From NCBI GenBank assembly GCA_028710695.1, contig JAQTTP010000001.1, positions 90,001 to 122,000 on the forward strand: 32,000 nucleotides of DNA, written 5' to 3'. This document shows positions 16,943-25,588 of this stretch, piece after piece. The stretch's first letter is position 1, and every line of letters starts with the position of its first letter. The notes under the pieces are model-generated. The model was not told where the DNA came from, made no database searches, and saw only the letters and a list, made by a program, of their open reading frames with translations. The position numbers were made by a program, and so were the translations under genes. The stretch comes from Candidatus Iainarchaeum sp. Its GTDB lineage: Archaea > Iainarchaeota > Iainarchaeia > Iainarchaeales > 0-14-0-20-30-16.

Positions 16943-18565
16943 GTGAATGGCATGGTGTTTGTAGATAATCTTTTCCAAAAGGATTCTAAAGAAAATAAAG
17001 AAGAAAAAGAAGCGGCGCAAGAAAAAGAAGAAACAAAAGAACGAACTGCGCGACCGACTAGTACTAGCCCATCCACTACAGACGCCCTTATACCTACTGA
17101 ACTAAGTTTTGAAGATTTAGAAAACGCAAACAAAAAAATGATTGCTTCTTATGGTGAAGTGAAAATATACAAAGTTGAAGGTCACCCAATATTACACTAT
17201 GAAGTGCCAACTCCTAAAGCATCAAGTGGAGAACAGCTAGTAATCAACACAATAAAAGAAGCGGCAACAAGAATCATTAACGTTGCGCCTTACAAAATAA
17301 GAGATGAACAACAGAGAAGAAATGTATACTTCCAAAAAGTAATGGAAATCATCTCCTCGTCCCCAGAATTAAAAATCCCTGAAGGAAAGCAAAAGTTTTA
17401 TGCCAATGCAGTTGTAACTGAGATGGTTGGATTTGGAATTATTGACTCTTTGTTAAAAGATGACGGATTAGAAGAGATAATGATAATTGGTCCAAAGAAG
17501 CCAGTTTATGTTTTCCACAGAGAATACGAAATAATGACAACAAACATCGTATTTTATGAAGATAAAGATATAATTGATTTGATCTCCAGAATTGCGAGAT
17601 ACACAGGAAGAAGAATAGATTATTCACAACCATTATTAGATGCAAGATTAAGTGATGGATCAAGAATAAATGCAACTATTCCACCAGTTTCTGTTGCGGG
17701 TTCAACATTGACGATAAGAAAGTTTAGAAAAGAGCCTTATACTATAATAGATTTGATAAACAACGGCACAATAGATCTACAAACTGCCGCATTCTTGTGG
17801 CTTTGTGTTGATGGTATGGATGTAAAGCCAGCAAACATTTTAATAGCGGGAGGAACAGGATCAGGAAAAACAACAACCCTGAATGTTCTCTCAAGTTTTA
17901 TTCCATCAAGAGAAAGAATAATTACTATTGAAGACACCGCAGAATTAAACTTGCCTTTAACTCATTGGATAAGATTAGAAGCCCGACCACCCGGAATTGA
18001 AGGTACAGGAGAAATAACTTTAGATATTTTAACAAAAAATGCATTGAGAATGCGACCTGACAGAGTAATTGTTGGTGAAGTAAGGCATAGCGAAGCTTTG
18101 GCTTTATTTACTGCAATGAACACGGGTCACGATGGTTGTATGGGTACAGTACACGCGAACTCTGCCCAAGAAACAATTGTAAGAGTTACTTCTCCACCAA
18201 TGGATGTTCCACAAGTTATGCTTTCTGGTTTAGATATGATTCTTGTTCAACAAAGAATACACGATAAAAGAAAAGGAACAATAAGAAGAATCACCGAGAT
18301 TGCAGAAGTAAGTGGAGTGTTAGAAAGAAATACTCAAACACAAAAAATTTATGAATGGGATCCGAAAGATGACAAATTAGTTGATACTTCAGTTCCATCA
18401 AGATATTTGAAAAAAGTTGCAACATTTTCAGGAAAAACAATGGCACAAGTTACAAAGGAAATTTCAACAAGAGCACAATTCTTGAAAAGATTATTGGATA
18501 AAAACATAAAATCTCAGATAGAATTATCGCAAGAGATACAAAAATATTATGATTTAGAAGAATAA
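16943..18565 (+). CDS. Type II/IV secretion system ATPase, TadA/FlaI/GspE-like (archaeal pilus assembly)
   Basis: Walker A GGTGSGKTTTLN, Asp box IITIEDTAELNLP, Walker B-region MRPDRVIVGEVRHSEAL, HDGCMGTVHANS His box. Confidence 0.93.
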   Translation: MNGMVFVDNLFQKDSKENKEEKEAAQEKEETKERTARPTSTSPSTTDALIPTELSFEDLENANKKMIASYGEVKIYKVEGHPILHYEVPTPKASSGEQLVINTIKEAATRIINVAPYKIRDEQQRRNVYFQKVMEIISSSPELKIPEGKQKFYANAVVTEMVGFGIIDSLLKDDGLEEIMIIGPKKPVYVFHREYEIMTTNIVFYEDKDIIDLISRIARYTGRRIDYSQPLLDARLSDGSRINATIPPVSVAGSTLTIRKFRKEPYTIIDLINNGTIDLQTAAFLWLCVDGMDVKPANILIAGGTGSGKTTTLNVLSSFIPSRERIITIEDTAELNLPLTHWIRLEARPPGIEGTGEITLDILTKNALRMRPDRVIVGEVRHSEALALFTAMNTGHDGCMGTVHANSAQETIVRVTSPPMDVPQVMLSGLDMILVQQRIHDKRKGTIRRITEIAEVSGVLERNTQTQKIYEWDPKDDKLVDTSVPSRYLKKVATFSGKTMAQVTKEISTRAQFLKRLLDKNIKSQIELSQEIQKYYDLEE

Positions 18566-18566
18566 T

Positions 18567-18664
18567 GGCTCAAAAATGATTTGTGATATTTATGAGCAAG
18601 TTAATGATTTGTTGCAAAGCGGCAAAAATCAAAACAGGCTCACAAAAATGTGATTTATTATGAG
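18567..18664 (+). repeat. Imperfect ~28-bp direct duplication flanking the intergenic space upstream of the T2SSF gene
   Basis: GGCTCAAAAATGATTTGTGATATTTATGAG (18567-18596) versus GGCTCACAAAAATGTGATTTATTATGAG (18637-18664). The second copy contains the downstream start codon. Confidence 0.5.
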
Positions 18665-19766
18665 TTTTGATCTTAACGACAAGATGCAGGAGAAGGTAGA
18701 CCTAAAACAAGTGGAGTCTATTGTCGAAAATATCAAACGTAAGTATGAAGAAAAAGGCTTGTCAAATGATTTAGAATCATTGCGTCTGCAAGAATTAAGG
18801 TCAATAATTTCAGAAGGAAAAAGATCACAAATTGAAGTTCAAAAACCAGAAGAATTATCTGCAGATTACAACAAAGGTGTAAAGCTGATTGGGAAAATTT
18901 ATAACTCATTTTCATCATTCTTTTCATTATTTTCAAAAAGAATATTATCTATTTTGCCAGGTAGAAATGAATTAAGCATGGACTTAGACAGTGCAAACAT
19001 AAATTACAGCACAGCACAATATCTTGCAATAACTTCTGTTATATCATTAATATTAACAATAATAATTACTGCGGTAGCTGCAGCTTTGTTTGCAGTAATA
19101 GAAATTCCACAATACTATTTAGTATTAGTCTTTTTTGTGGCCATGTTTTTAACTGCGGGAATAGTTCTGAAATATCCTTCCATTGTTGCAGCCGATCGTG
19201 CAAAAAAAATAGATGCAGAACTTCCATTTGCATTGCGACACATGGCAACTGAGCTTCGTGCAGGAATAGGTTTGTATAGAGTTTTACAAACGATCGCTAT
19301 TGGAGAATATGGCTATTTATCAGAAGAAATGGCGCGAGTTATAAATGAAGTTGAACAAGGTGCAGATACAAAAGATGCATTAAAAAATTTAGCATATAGA
19401 ACAAGATCTTTTTCATTAAGAAATACTTTAAACCATATTTTGCGTGCATTAAAATCTGGTGGAAACCTTTCTGAAGTTTTGAATAATACAGCAAATGATG
19501 TTTCATTTGAAATCAGATTGAACTTGGAATCATTTTCAGGAAAAATGAATTTCATTGGAGTAATTTATATTTTTATTGGAATTGTAATCCCTGTAATGTT
19601 GGCAATTTTAGGAACAATTAGAAATATTCCTTTGGGCGGCGGCGTATCTTTATTTGCCTCTTTGCCATTGACGCCAACAATGATAATTTTATTGTATGTT
19701 GTAATTCTTCCAATTTGTTTGATTGGATTGGTAATGTATATTAGAAAAATTAGGCCTACATATTAA
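18660..19766 (+). CDS. Type II secretion system F domain membrane protein (TadB/TadC/FlaJ-like), first copy
   Basis: FALRHMATELRAGIGLYRVLQTIAIGEYGYLSEEMARVINEVEQGADTKDALKNLAYRTRS motif region with flanking TM segments, directly downstream of the ATPase. Confidence 0.85.
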   Translation: MSFDLNDKMQEKVDLKQVESIVENIKRKYEEKGLSNDLESLRLQELRSIISEGKRSQIEVQKPEELSADYNKGVKLIGKIYNSFSSFFSLFSKRILSILPGRNELSMDLDSANINYSTAQYLAITSVISLILTIIITAVAAALFAVIEIPQYYLVLVFFVAMFLTAGIVLKYPSIVAADRAKKIDAELPFALRHMATELRAGIGLYRVLQTIAIGEYGYLSEEMARVINEVEQGADTKDALKNLAYRTRSFSLRNTLNHILRALKSGGNLSEVLNNTANDVSFEIRLNLESFSGKMNFIGVIYIFIGIVIPVMLAILGTIRNIPLGGGVSLFASLPLTPTMIILLYVVILPICLIGLVMYIRKIRPTY

Positions 19767-19790
19767 GGTTAGTCCACAAATGGTGTTGCT

Positions 19791-20696
19791 ATGAGTAATT
19801 TGATGTTGAAGTACAAGAAAATATTGGAGAGAAACAAAATAAAACTTCATCCTCTTGTGTGGATTGCCATTGCAGTATTAATTGGTATTGTTGGAGCAGT
19901 TTTAATTGCCTTGCTTGTTGGAAATTATGTTTTTGCTGCTGTGACTTTGATTGCCATTGCAGATATAATAATTGGTCTGCCTATTTATGTTGAAAACAAA
20001 AGAACCGCCCAGATTGAAAAGTTTTTTCCCTCTGCATTAAGAGAAATGAGCGATGTTTTGAAGAGCGGCGGAACTTACGAATATGCTTTAAGAGAAGTGT
20101 CAATGATCGATTACGGCCCATTGACTAAAGAGCTACAAAAAGTATTAAGGCGATTAGAAGATGGTGCAAACTTTGAAGATGCCTTGGCGTCTATAAACGA
20201 AAATGTGGATTCTTCATTGGTAAGAAAAGTTATTACAATTATTTTGGACTCTGTTAGAGCTGGAGCGGGTTTAGCAGATGTTTTAGATGAGATTGCAGAA
20301 GATGCAAGAAACCTGTATAAATTACAGCAAGAAAGAAGAGCAAAGACTACAATGCAAGTTTTATTTATTGCTGCGGCCGGATCGGTAATTGCGCCAGCAA
20401 TATTTGGGTTAGTAAATACTTTAAGTTCGTTTTTAGTGGAGGTCTCTACAAGCACAGGGATTGTGGAATCAGTTAAAGAGATCGCTGCTGCTGTTGCCGC
20501 CGGAGACATAATTTATAATGTATTATTATTCTACTTATTTTTTGAATCCTTAATTTCAAGTGTAATAATTGCTTATATGAGGGATAGAACCGCATCAAAA
20601 GCCTTGCTTTACTTCCCAATATTCGTATTTGTTGGATTCATAATATTCTTCCTAGCAAAGTATGCCACAAAAGTAATGCTTGCAGGTATGATTTAA
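19791..20696 (+). CDS. Type II secretion system F domain membrane protein (TadB/TadC-like), second copy
   Basis: FPSALREMSDVLKSGGTYEYALREVSMIDYGPLTKELQKVLRRLEDGANFEDALASI...QQERRAKTTMQVLFIAAAG with C-terminal TMs. Confidence 0.85.
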   Translation: MSNLMLKYKKILERNKIKLHPLVWIAIAVLIGIVGAVLIALLVGNYVFAAVTLIAIADIIIGLPIYVENKRTAQIEKFFPSALREMSDVLKSGGTYEYALREVSMIDYGPLTKELQKVLRRLEDGANFEDALASINENVDSSLVRKVITIILDSVRAGAGLADVLDEIAEDARNLYKLQQERRAKTTMQVLFIAAAGSVIAPAIFGLVNTLSSFLVEVSTSTGIVESVKEIAAAVAAGDIIYNVLLFYLFFESLISSVIIAYMRDRTASKALLYFPIFVFVGFIIFFLAKYATKVMLAGMI

Positions 20697-20757
20697 ACAA
20701 ACTTGGATATGTAGAACCGCAAAAGAAATATATATTGTCTATATCCAATATAATTAC

Positions 20758-22110
20758 ATGCCTTCGATTGTGAAGAACTGGCCTTTATATTTTAAAGACA
20801 TGCTAATTGTAAAAAATACCTCGCACAATGTTGGTGTTGCCACTCTTTGGTCTAAGCCCGAATTTTTTGAGAAATTAAATTGTAATACTATCGGAACCTG
20901 CTATTCTATTGAAGGGATAAAATATATCTTGAGAAACCTTCTTGGAAATACAAATATTCGATATTTAGTTTTATGTGGTACTGATTTATCAAAAACCGGA
21001 GAGTCGCTAAAAGAAATATTTGCGGGAAAATACAATATAGTAATATCTGATTTTTCTTTTGAAGATCTAGAAAGAATTACAACAAATGTTGAGCTTGTGG
21101 ATATGATTGAGAATATAAATCCTCAGGAAGTGCAAGAAAAAATAAATTCTCTTTCTGTAAAACAAGCATATGGTGAAGCAAAAGAGATAATAGTAAAAGA
21201 AAAAACCCATTCTAAAAAACCAAGTGAAAAGACAGGATTTATAATACGTGAAAAAAACATTGCTGATGCCTGGCTAAGTGCCTTGAAATTAATAAAAGAA
21301 TATGGTATTGAGAAAAAAACAGCATACGGAATAGGTTCTTTGGAAATAATGAATTTAGTTACTGTTACAAATGAAATGGAAGAAAGGCACACACCTAAAT
21401 TTTTGGGAGTAACAAAAAAGCAAATAAAAGATTATGAAGACCAAATTTGTACCGGAAAACAAATAAAATCTGTAGAATACACTTATGGCCAGGGACTTTG
21501 TAAGTATTTCATGTATGACCAAATAAAATGGGCAATAAATCAGTTGAAAACTGATAAAGATAGAAGACGAATTTTTTTAACTCTTTGGGATCCACATACT
21601 GACAAAGATTCTTCTTTGCCGCCTTGTTTGGACTCAATACAATTTTTAGTACAAAATAATGTTCTTTATATGACTGCTTATTTTAGATCTCATGATATTT
21701 TTGGTGCCTATCCCTTGAATATATTTGGACTTAGAAAAATGCAAGAAATAGTTGCAAAAGAAGCAGGTTTAGATGTTGGAGAACTAACTACAATAAGCTG
21801 TTCTGCGCATATGTATTATAATGATCTTCCGGCAGTAGAAGAAATTTTGAAATGGAATTATGATTTAAAATGTATTCCTGATCCACGAGGATATTTTTTC
21901 ATAGAAGTAAGAGATAAAATTTACGCAAAATATTTGAATAATAGTGGGATTCCTGTAAAAACATATTCTGGTGAAACTGCAAAGGAAGTATACAACCAAA
22001 TTCTATTAGATTTTGCGGTATCTCAATTATCACACGCCTTTTATTTGGGCGCAGAATTATCATCTGCAGAAGATGCATTAAAATCAGGAAAGAAGTTTGT
22101 TCAAAGGTAA
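20758..22110 (+). CDS. thyA: Thymidylate synthase with MtrA-like/DUF4346-type N-terminal domain
   Basis: C-terminal: FLTLWDPHTDKDSSLPPCLDSIQFLV...MTAYFRSHDIFGAYPLNIFGLRKMQE (catalytic Cys in LPPC). N-terminal: NVGVATLWSKPEF...IGTCYSIEGIKYILRNLLGNTNIRYLVLCGTDLSKTG. Confidence 0.88.
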   Translation: MPSIVKNWPLYFKDMLIVKNTSHNVGVATLWSKPEFFEKLNCNTIGTCYSIEGIKYILRNLLGNTNIRYLVLCGTDLSKTGESLKEIFAGKYNIVISDFSFEDLERITTNVELVDMIENINPQEVQEKINSLSVKQAYGEAKEIIVKEKTHSKKPSEKTGFIIREKNIADAWLSALKLIKEYGIEKKTAYGIGSLEIMNLVTVTNEMEERHTPKFLGVTKKQIKDYEDQICTGKQIKSVEYTYGQGLCKYFMYDQIKWAINQLKTDKDRRRIFLTLWDPHTDKDSSLPPCLDSIQFLVQNNVLYMTAYFRSHDIFGAYPLNIFGLRKMQEIVAKEAGLDVGELTTISCSAHMYYNDLPAVEEILKWNYDLKCIPDPRGYFFIEVRDKIYAKYLNNSGIPVKTYSGETAKEVYNQILLDFAVSQLSHAFYLGAELSSAEDALKSGKKFVQR

Positions 22111-22148
22111 CATAACCTTTATATATTTACACAGTTATATATAAATAG
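22111..22148 (+). promoter_or_regulatory. Candidate archaeal TATA-type promoter elements upstream of the coiled-coil gene
   Basis: CATAACCTTTATATATTT and GTTATATATAAATA upstream of start 22160/22169. CATAACCTTTATATA recurs exactly at 26625-26639. Confidence 0.4.
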
Positions 22149-22168
22149 AAAGTTTTTGTGTGATTGAT

Positions 22169-23059
22169 ATGGATAGATTGCCTAGGGATAAAAAGTCAAG
22201 AGAAAACTTAGAAAAAGTTAGAAACTTAAGTAACAAATTTTTAAATGAATTTAATGTGTTAGAAAAAGAAGAAAAAAAGGAAACAAAAGAAAATTCTAAT
22301 AAACTTAAAAAAGAACTAAGAAAATTAAACAAAAGAATATCTGAAAAGAATAAAAAGCATATGAAATCTGTAGAAACTGGAAAGAAAGAGGTAAGCAAAA
22401 CAAAAAAGCTTTTGACAAAAAACGAGAAAAGATTAAAAGCAAAAAATAAGAAAATGTATATTGTTGCGGCAAAGAAAAAGGAAGCAGAAAAAACATTGCA
22501 CGAAACAAAGCTTACAATAAAAGATCTTGAACAATTATTAAAGCAAAAAGATGATACAATACATCATTTGAAGCACAAGTTGGAATATGACTCACACATA
22601 GAAACAACTCATCTGAAAGAAAGGGTTACAAATTTAGAACAAAAGCTTAAAGAGCACCAATTAGAGCTTGTAAAAAAAGATACAGTAATAGAACTATTAG
22701 AAAAACCAGAATTTGATTATTCTCAGTTAGTAAACTTTGATATCAGAAATATAAAAACAAGGCATGTAGGATATCCGGAAGTTGCTCAGCTTGAAGAGAT
22801 AACTTTTTCATTACAAAACATCATGGCAGAGCCAATAAAAGATTTGGTTTGTGATGTTGTTGTTGAGAATCCAAACAGAAGATTTGAAATGGACAACTTG
22901 CAAGTAAAAAATAAACTTAATGCTAAAGAAAAAATAATAAAAACAATACACCTTTACAAACATTTGAAAACCCGGGGTTTGTTTAAGGTAACAGTTTGGA
23001 TAAAACAAAAAGGTCAAAAGGTTGCGTTAGTTGAACAAAGCAAAACAATTAACATATAA
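22169..23059 (+). CDS. Coiled-coil protein with C-terminal beta-rich domain
   Basis: Long Lys/Glu heptad-like stretch, then a non-coiled domain (EITFSLQNIMAEPIKDLVCDVVVENPNRRFEMDNLQV...GLFKVTVWIKQKGQKVALVEQSKTINI). ORF track start is GTG 22160. Confidence 0.65.
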   Translation: MDRLPRDKKSRENLEKVRNLSNKFLNEFNVLEKEEKKETKENSNKLKKELRKLNKRISEKNKKHMKSVETGKKEVSKTKKLLTKNEKRLKAKNKKMYIVAAKKKEAEKTLHETKLTIKDLEQLLKQKDDTIHHLKHKLEYDSHIETTHLKERVTNLEQKLKEHQLELVKKDTVIELLEKPEFDYSQLVNFDIRNIKTRHVGYPEVAQLEEITFSLQNIMAEPIKDLVCDVVVENPNRRFEMDNLQVKNKLNAKEKIIKTIHLYKHLKTRGLFKVTVWIKQKGQKVALVEQSKTINI

Positions 23060-23082
23060 ACCTTTTTTTCTTATTCTTTTTT

Positions 23083-23673
23083 ATGGGTTACATAAAACAC
23101 GAGATATTACATATTTTTATTGCTTGGATAGTAATCAGTCTTGCTTTTGCGTGGCAAGGTTTTTCAAATTTTTCTGCATTTTACCTGAATCTCCCAATTG
23201 TATTATTGGCGGCAGGAACAGGATTTATAGTTCACGAGTTAAGCCACAAATTTGTTGCAATTCATTATGATGCAAAAGCGAGATTTGTTATGTGGCCTTA
23301 TGGGCTTGTATTTGCTGTGGCTTTGGCATTAATATCTGGCGGTGGGTTTGTATTTGCAGCACCTGGTGCAGTATATATTTGGGGTAAAGATTTATCTAGA
23401 AAAGAGAGCGGGATAATTTCTGTTGCTGGCCCGGTTTCAAATTTGGTTATTGCAATTCTTGTATTTGTTCTTAGTCTTATAATATTCCAATTTTATATAA
23501 GTCAATTTTTAGTTACTCTTTTTTATACAATTATAAGCGTTAACTTGTTTTTGGGGTTATTCAACTTATTGCCAATTCCGCCTTTGGATGGTTACAAAGT
23601 GTTAGTATGGAATAAGCCAGTTTGGGCGGTGTTGTTAGTAATATTCATTGCGGCCTTAATCTACTTTTGGTAA
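23083..23673 (+). CDS. M50 family (site-2-protease-like) membrane metalloprotease
   Basis: Zinc motif FIVHELSHKFVAIHY, GPVSNLVIAI, NLLPIPPLDGYKV. Confidence 0.88.
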   Translation: MGYIKHEILHIFIAWIVISLAFAWQGFSNFSAFYLNLPIVLLAAGTGFIVHELSHKFVAIHYDAKARFVMWPYGLVFAVALALISGGGFVFAAPGAVYIWGKDLSRKESGIISVAGPVSNLVIAILVFVLSLIIFQFYISQFLVTLFYTIISVNLFLGLFNLLPIPPLDGYKVLVWNKPVWAVLLVIFIAALIYFW

Positions 23674-23721
23674 TCATCGTAGAGAGATGGGTATTTATAC
23701 CTATTTTCTCTTATATTATGT

Positions 23722-25518
23722 ATGCTGTTTTTGGATTTATCTAAAATGCTAGAAGAAATAGAAAAAGAGCCATCTAGATTGAAAATGATGACTTTGGCAT
23801 CACAAATTCTTGACAAAACAAATGAAAAAGAAGTAGATGTATTAATTTATCTTTTATTAGGTCAGTTTGGCGCAACTTATAAAGAAATAGACTTTGGCAT
23901 TGCTGAAAAAACAATTATTTCTGCGCTTTCAAAAGCAACAGGAATGGATAAAGAAAAAATAGAAAAAGAATTAAGAAAATTAGGTGACATGGGGTTAGTT
24001 GGAGAGCAAATAATTTCCGGCAAAGTCCAAAGAAGTTTATTTTCAAAAAAACTAATTGTTGCAGAAGTTTATTCTTCTTTTGAAAAGCTTGCAAAGATGG
24101 CCGGAAAAGGGTCTATAGATGATAAAACAAATATTTTAGTTCAGATGATAAATAATGCAAGTCCAATAGAAGCAAAATATATTATTCGAATTGCACAAAA
24201 GAATATGCGTTTAGGATTAGCAAATTCAACAATCATGGATTCCTTATCTTTGAAATTCTTAAAAGATTACAAAGAAAATAATATTGAAGAATTTGAAGAC
24301 CTAAAAAAAGATTATGGCGAAGATGTTGAAAGATATTTGCGTTATAAGTTTAAAGAAAAAATAGAATCTAAATATAATATTTATCCCGATCTTGGAAGCA
24401 TAGCTAAAAAACTTTTTGAAAAAGGATCAAATGGTTTAAGAGACATTGGAATTACTCCTTTTGTTCCAGTTATGCCTGCATTAGCAGAGCGCCTTCCATC
24501 AATTGGAAAGATAATAGAAAAATTAGGGAAATCTATTGTTGAGCCAAAGTTCGATGGGTTTAGGTTGCAATGTCATTATGATGGCAAAAATGTGAAATTG
24601 TTTACTAGAAACTTAGAAGATATGAGTGAGATTTTTCCAGATGCTGTAGAAACAATAAAAAAATGCGTAAAAAAGTATCCAATAATTTTTGAGTGTGAAG
24701 CAATAGGTTATAATGAAAAAGAAGACAAATATTATCCGTTCCAAGTTACAATGAAAAGAAAAAGAAAGTATGACATTTCAGGGGTCTCTAAACAAATCCC
24801 TTTGCGTTTGGTTGTTTTTGATATTATGTATTTGAAAGGCGGGCTAATAGACAAACCACTTTTAGAAAGAAAAAAAATCTTGGAAAGTGCAATGTCTCCA
24901 AATAAAAATCTAATTTTCCCTGAAAATATATACTCTGATGATGTTCCAAGAATCCAAAAGTTTTTTGAAAGGGTTCTGGGCGAAGGTAATGAAGGAATTA
25001 TGCTAAAAGATCCAAATTCTGTTTATACTGCGGGCGCAAGAAAGTTTGCCTGGGTGAAATATAAGCAATCTTATAGTTCTAAAGCTAAAGATACTCTTGA
25101 TTTATTAGTTATGGGCTATTTTTCAGGTAAAGGCCAGAGATCAAAGTTTGGAATTGGTGCTTTATTAGTTGGAAGTTATAATGAAAAAGAAAACAGATAT
25201 GAGTCAATAGCTAAACTTGGTTCTGGGCTTACAGAAGAAAATCTTGAGAATTTACAAAAAGCACTTACTGAAATAAAAGAAAAAGAGCAGCCAAAAGAGT
25301 ATGTTTCTGGGATAAACCCTCATGTCTGGGTTAGACCAAAATATGTTGTAGAGGTGCTATATGATGAAATTACAAAGAGCCCAACACATATGTGTGCTAA
25401 AGAGGAAATTGGCGGTTTGGCTCTAAGATTCCCGAGATTAATAAAGATAAGATCTGACAAAAATAAGGGGCAAGTTAGCACAACAAAAGAGGTGCTAGGG
25501 ATGTTCAAATTACAGTAA
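23722..25518 (+). CDS. lig: ATP-dependent DNA ligase (archaeal type)
   Basis: Adenylation motif EPKFDGFRLQCHY, IFECEAIGYN, EGIMLKD, KYKQSY, C-terminal OB region. Probable start MLEEIEKEPSRLKM slightly inside the ORF. Confidence 0.95.
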   Translation: MLFLDLSKMLEEIEKEPSRLKMMTLASQILDKTNEKEVDVLIYLLLGQFGATYKEIDFGIAEKTIISALSKATGMDKEKIEKELRKLGDMGLVGEQIISGKVQRSLFSKKLIVAEVYSSFEKLAKMAGKGSIDDKTNILVQMINNASPIEAKYIIRIAQKNMRLGLANSTIMDSLSLKFLKDYKENNIEEFEDLKKDYGEDVERYLRYKFKEKIESKYNIYPDLGSIAKKLFEKGSNGLRDIGITPFVPVMPALAERLPSIGKIIEKLGKSIVEPKFDGFRLQCHYDGKNVKLFTRNLEDMSEIFPDAVETIKKCVKKYPIIFECEAIGYNEKEDKYYPFQVTMKRKRKYDISGVSKQIPLRLVVFDIMYLKGGLIDKPLLERKKILESAMSPNKNLIFPENIYSDDVPRIQKFFERVLGEGNEGIMLKDPNSVYTAGARKFAWVKYKQSYSSKAKDTLDLLVMGYFSGKGQRSKFGIGALLVGSYNEKENRYESIAKLGSGLTEENLENLQKALTEIKEKEQPKEYVSGINPHVWVRPKYVVEVLYDEITKSPTHMCAKEEIGGLALRFPRLIKIRSDKNKGQVSTTKEVLGMFKLQ

Positions 25519-25588
25519 CAACCCGCAATAATCTTTAAAAATAGATACAATATAAATATATAAAATAAAACAAAATCGGAAGATTACT

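Noticed and set aside
20111-20509. Minus-strand ORF 132 aa
   Set aside because: Opposite the conserved T2SSF gene; shadow ORF.
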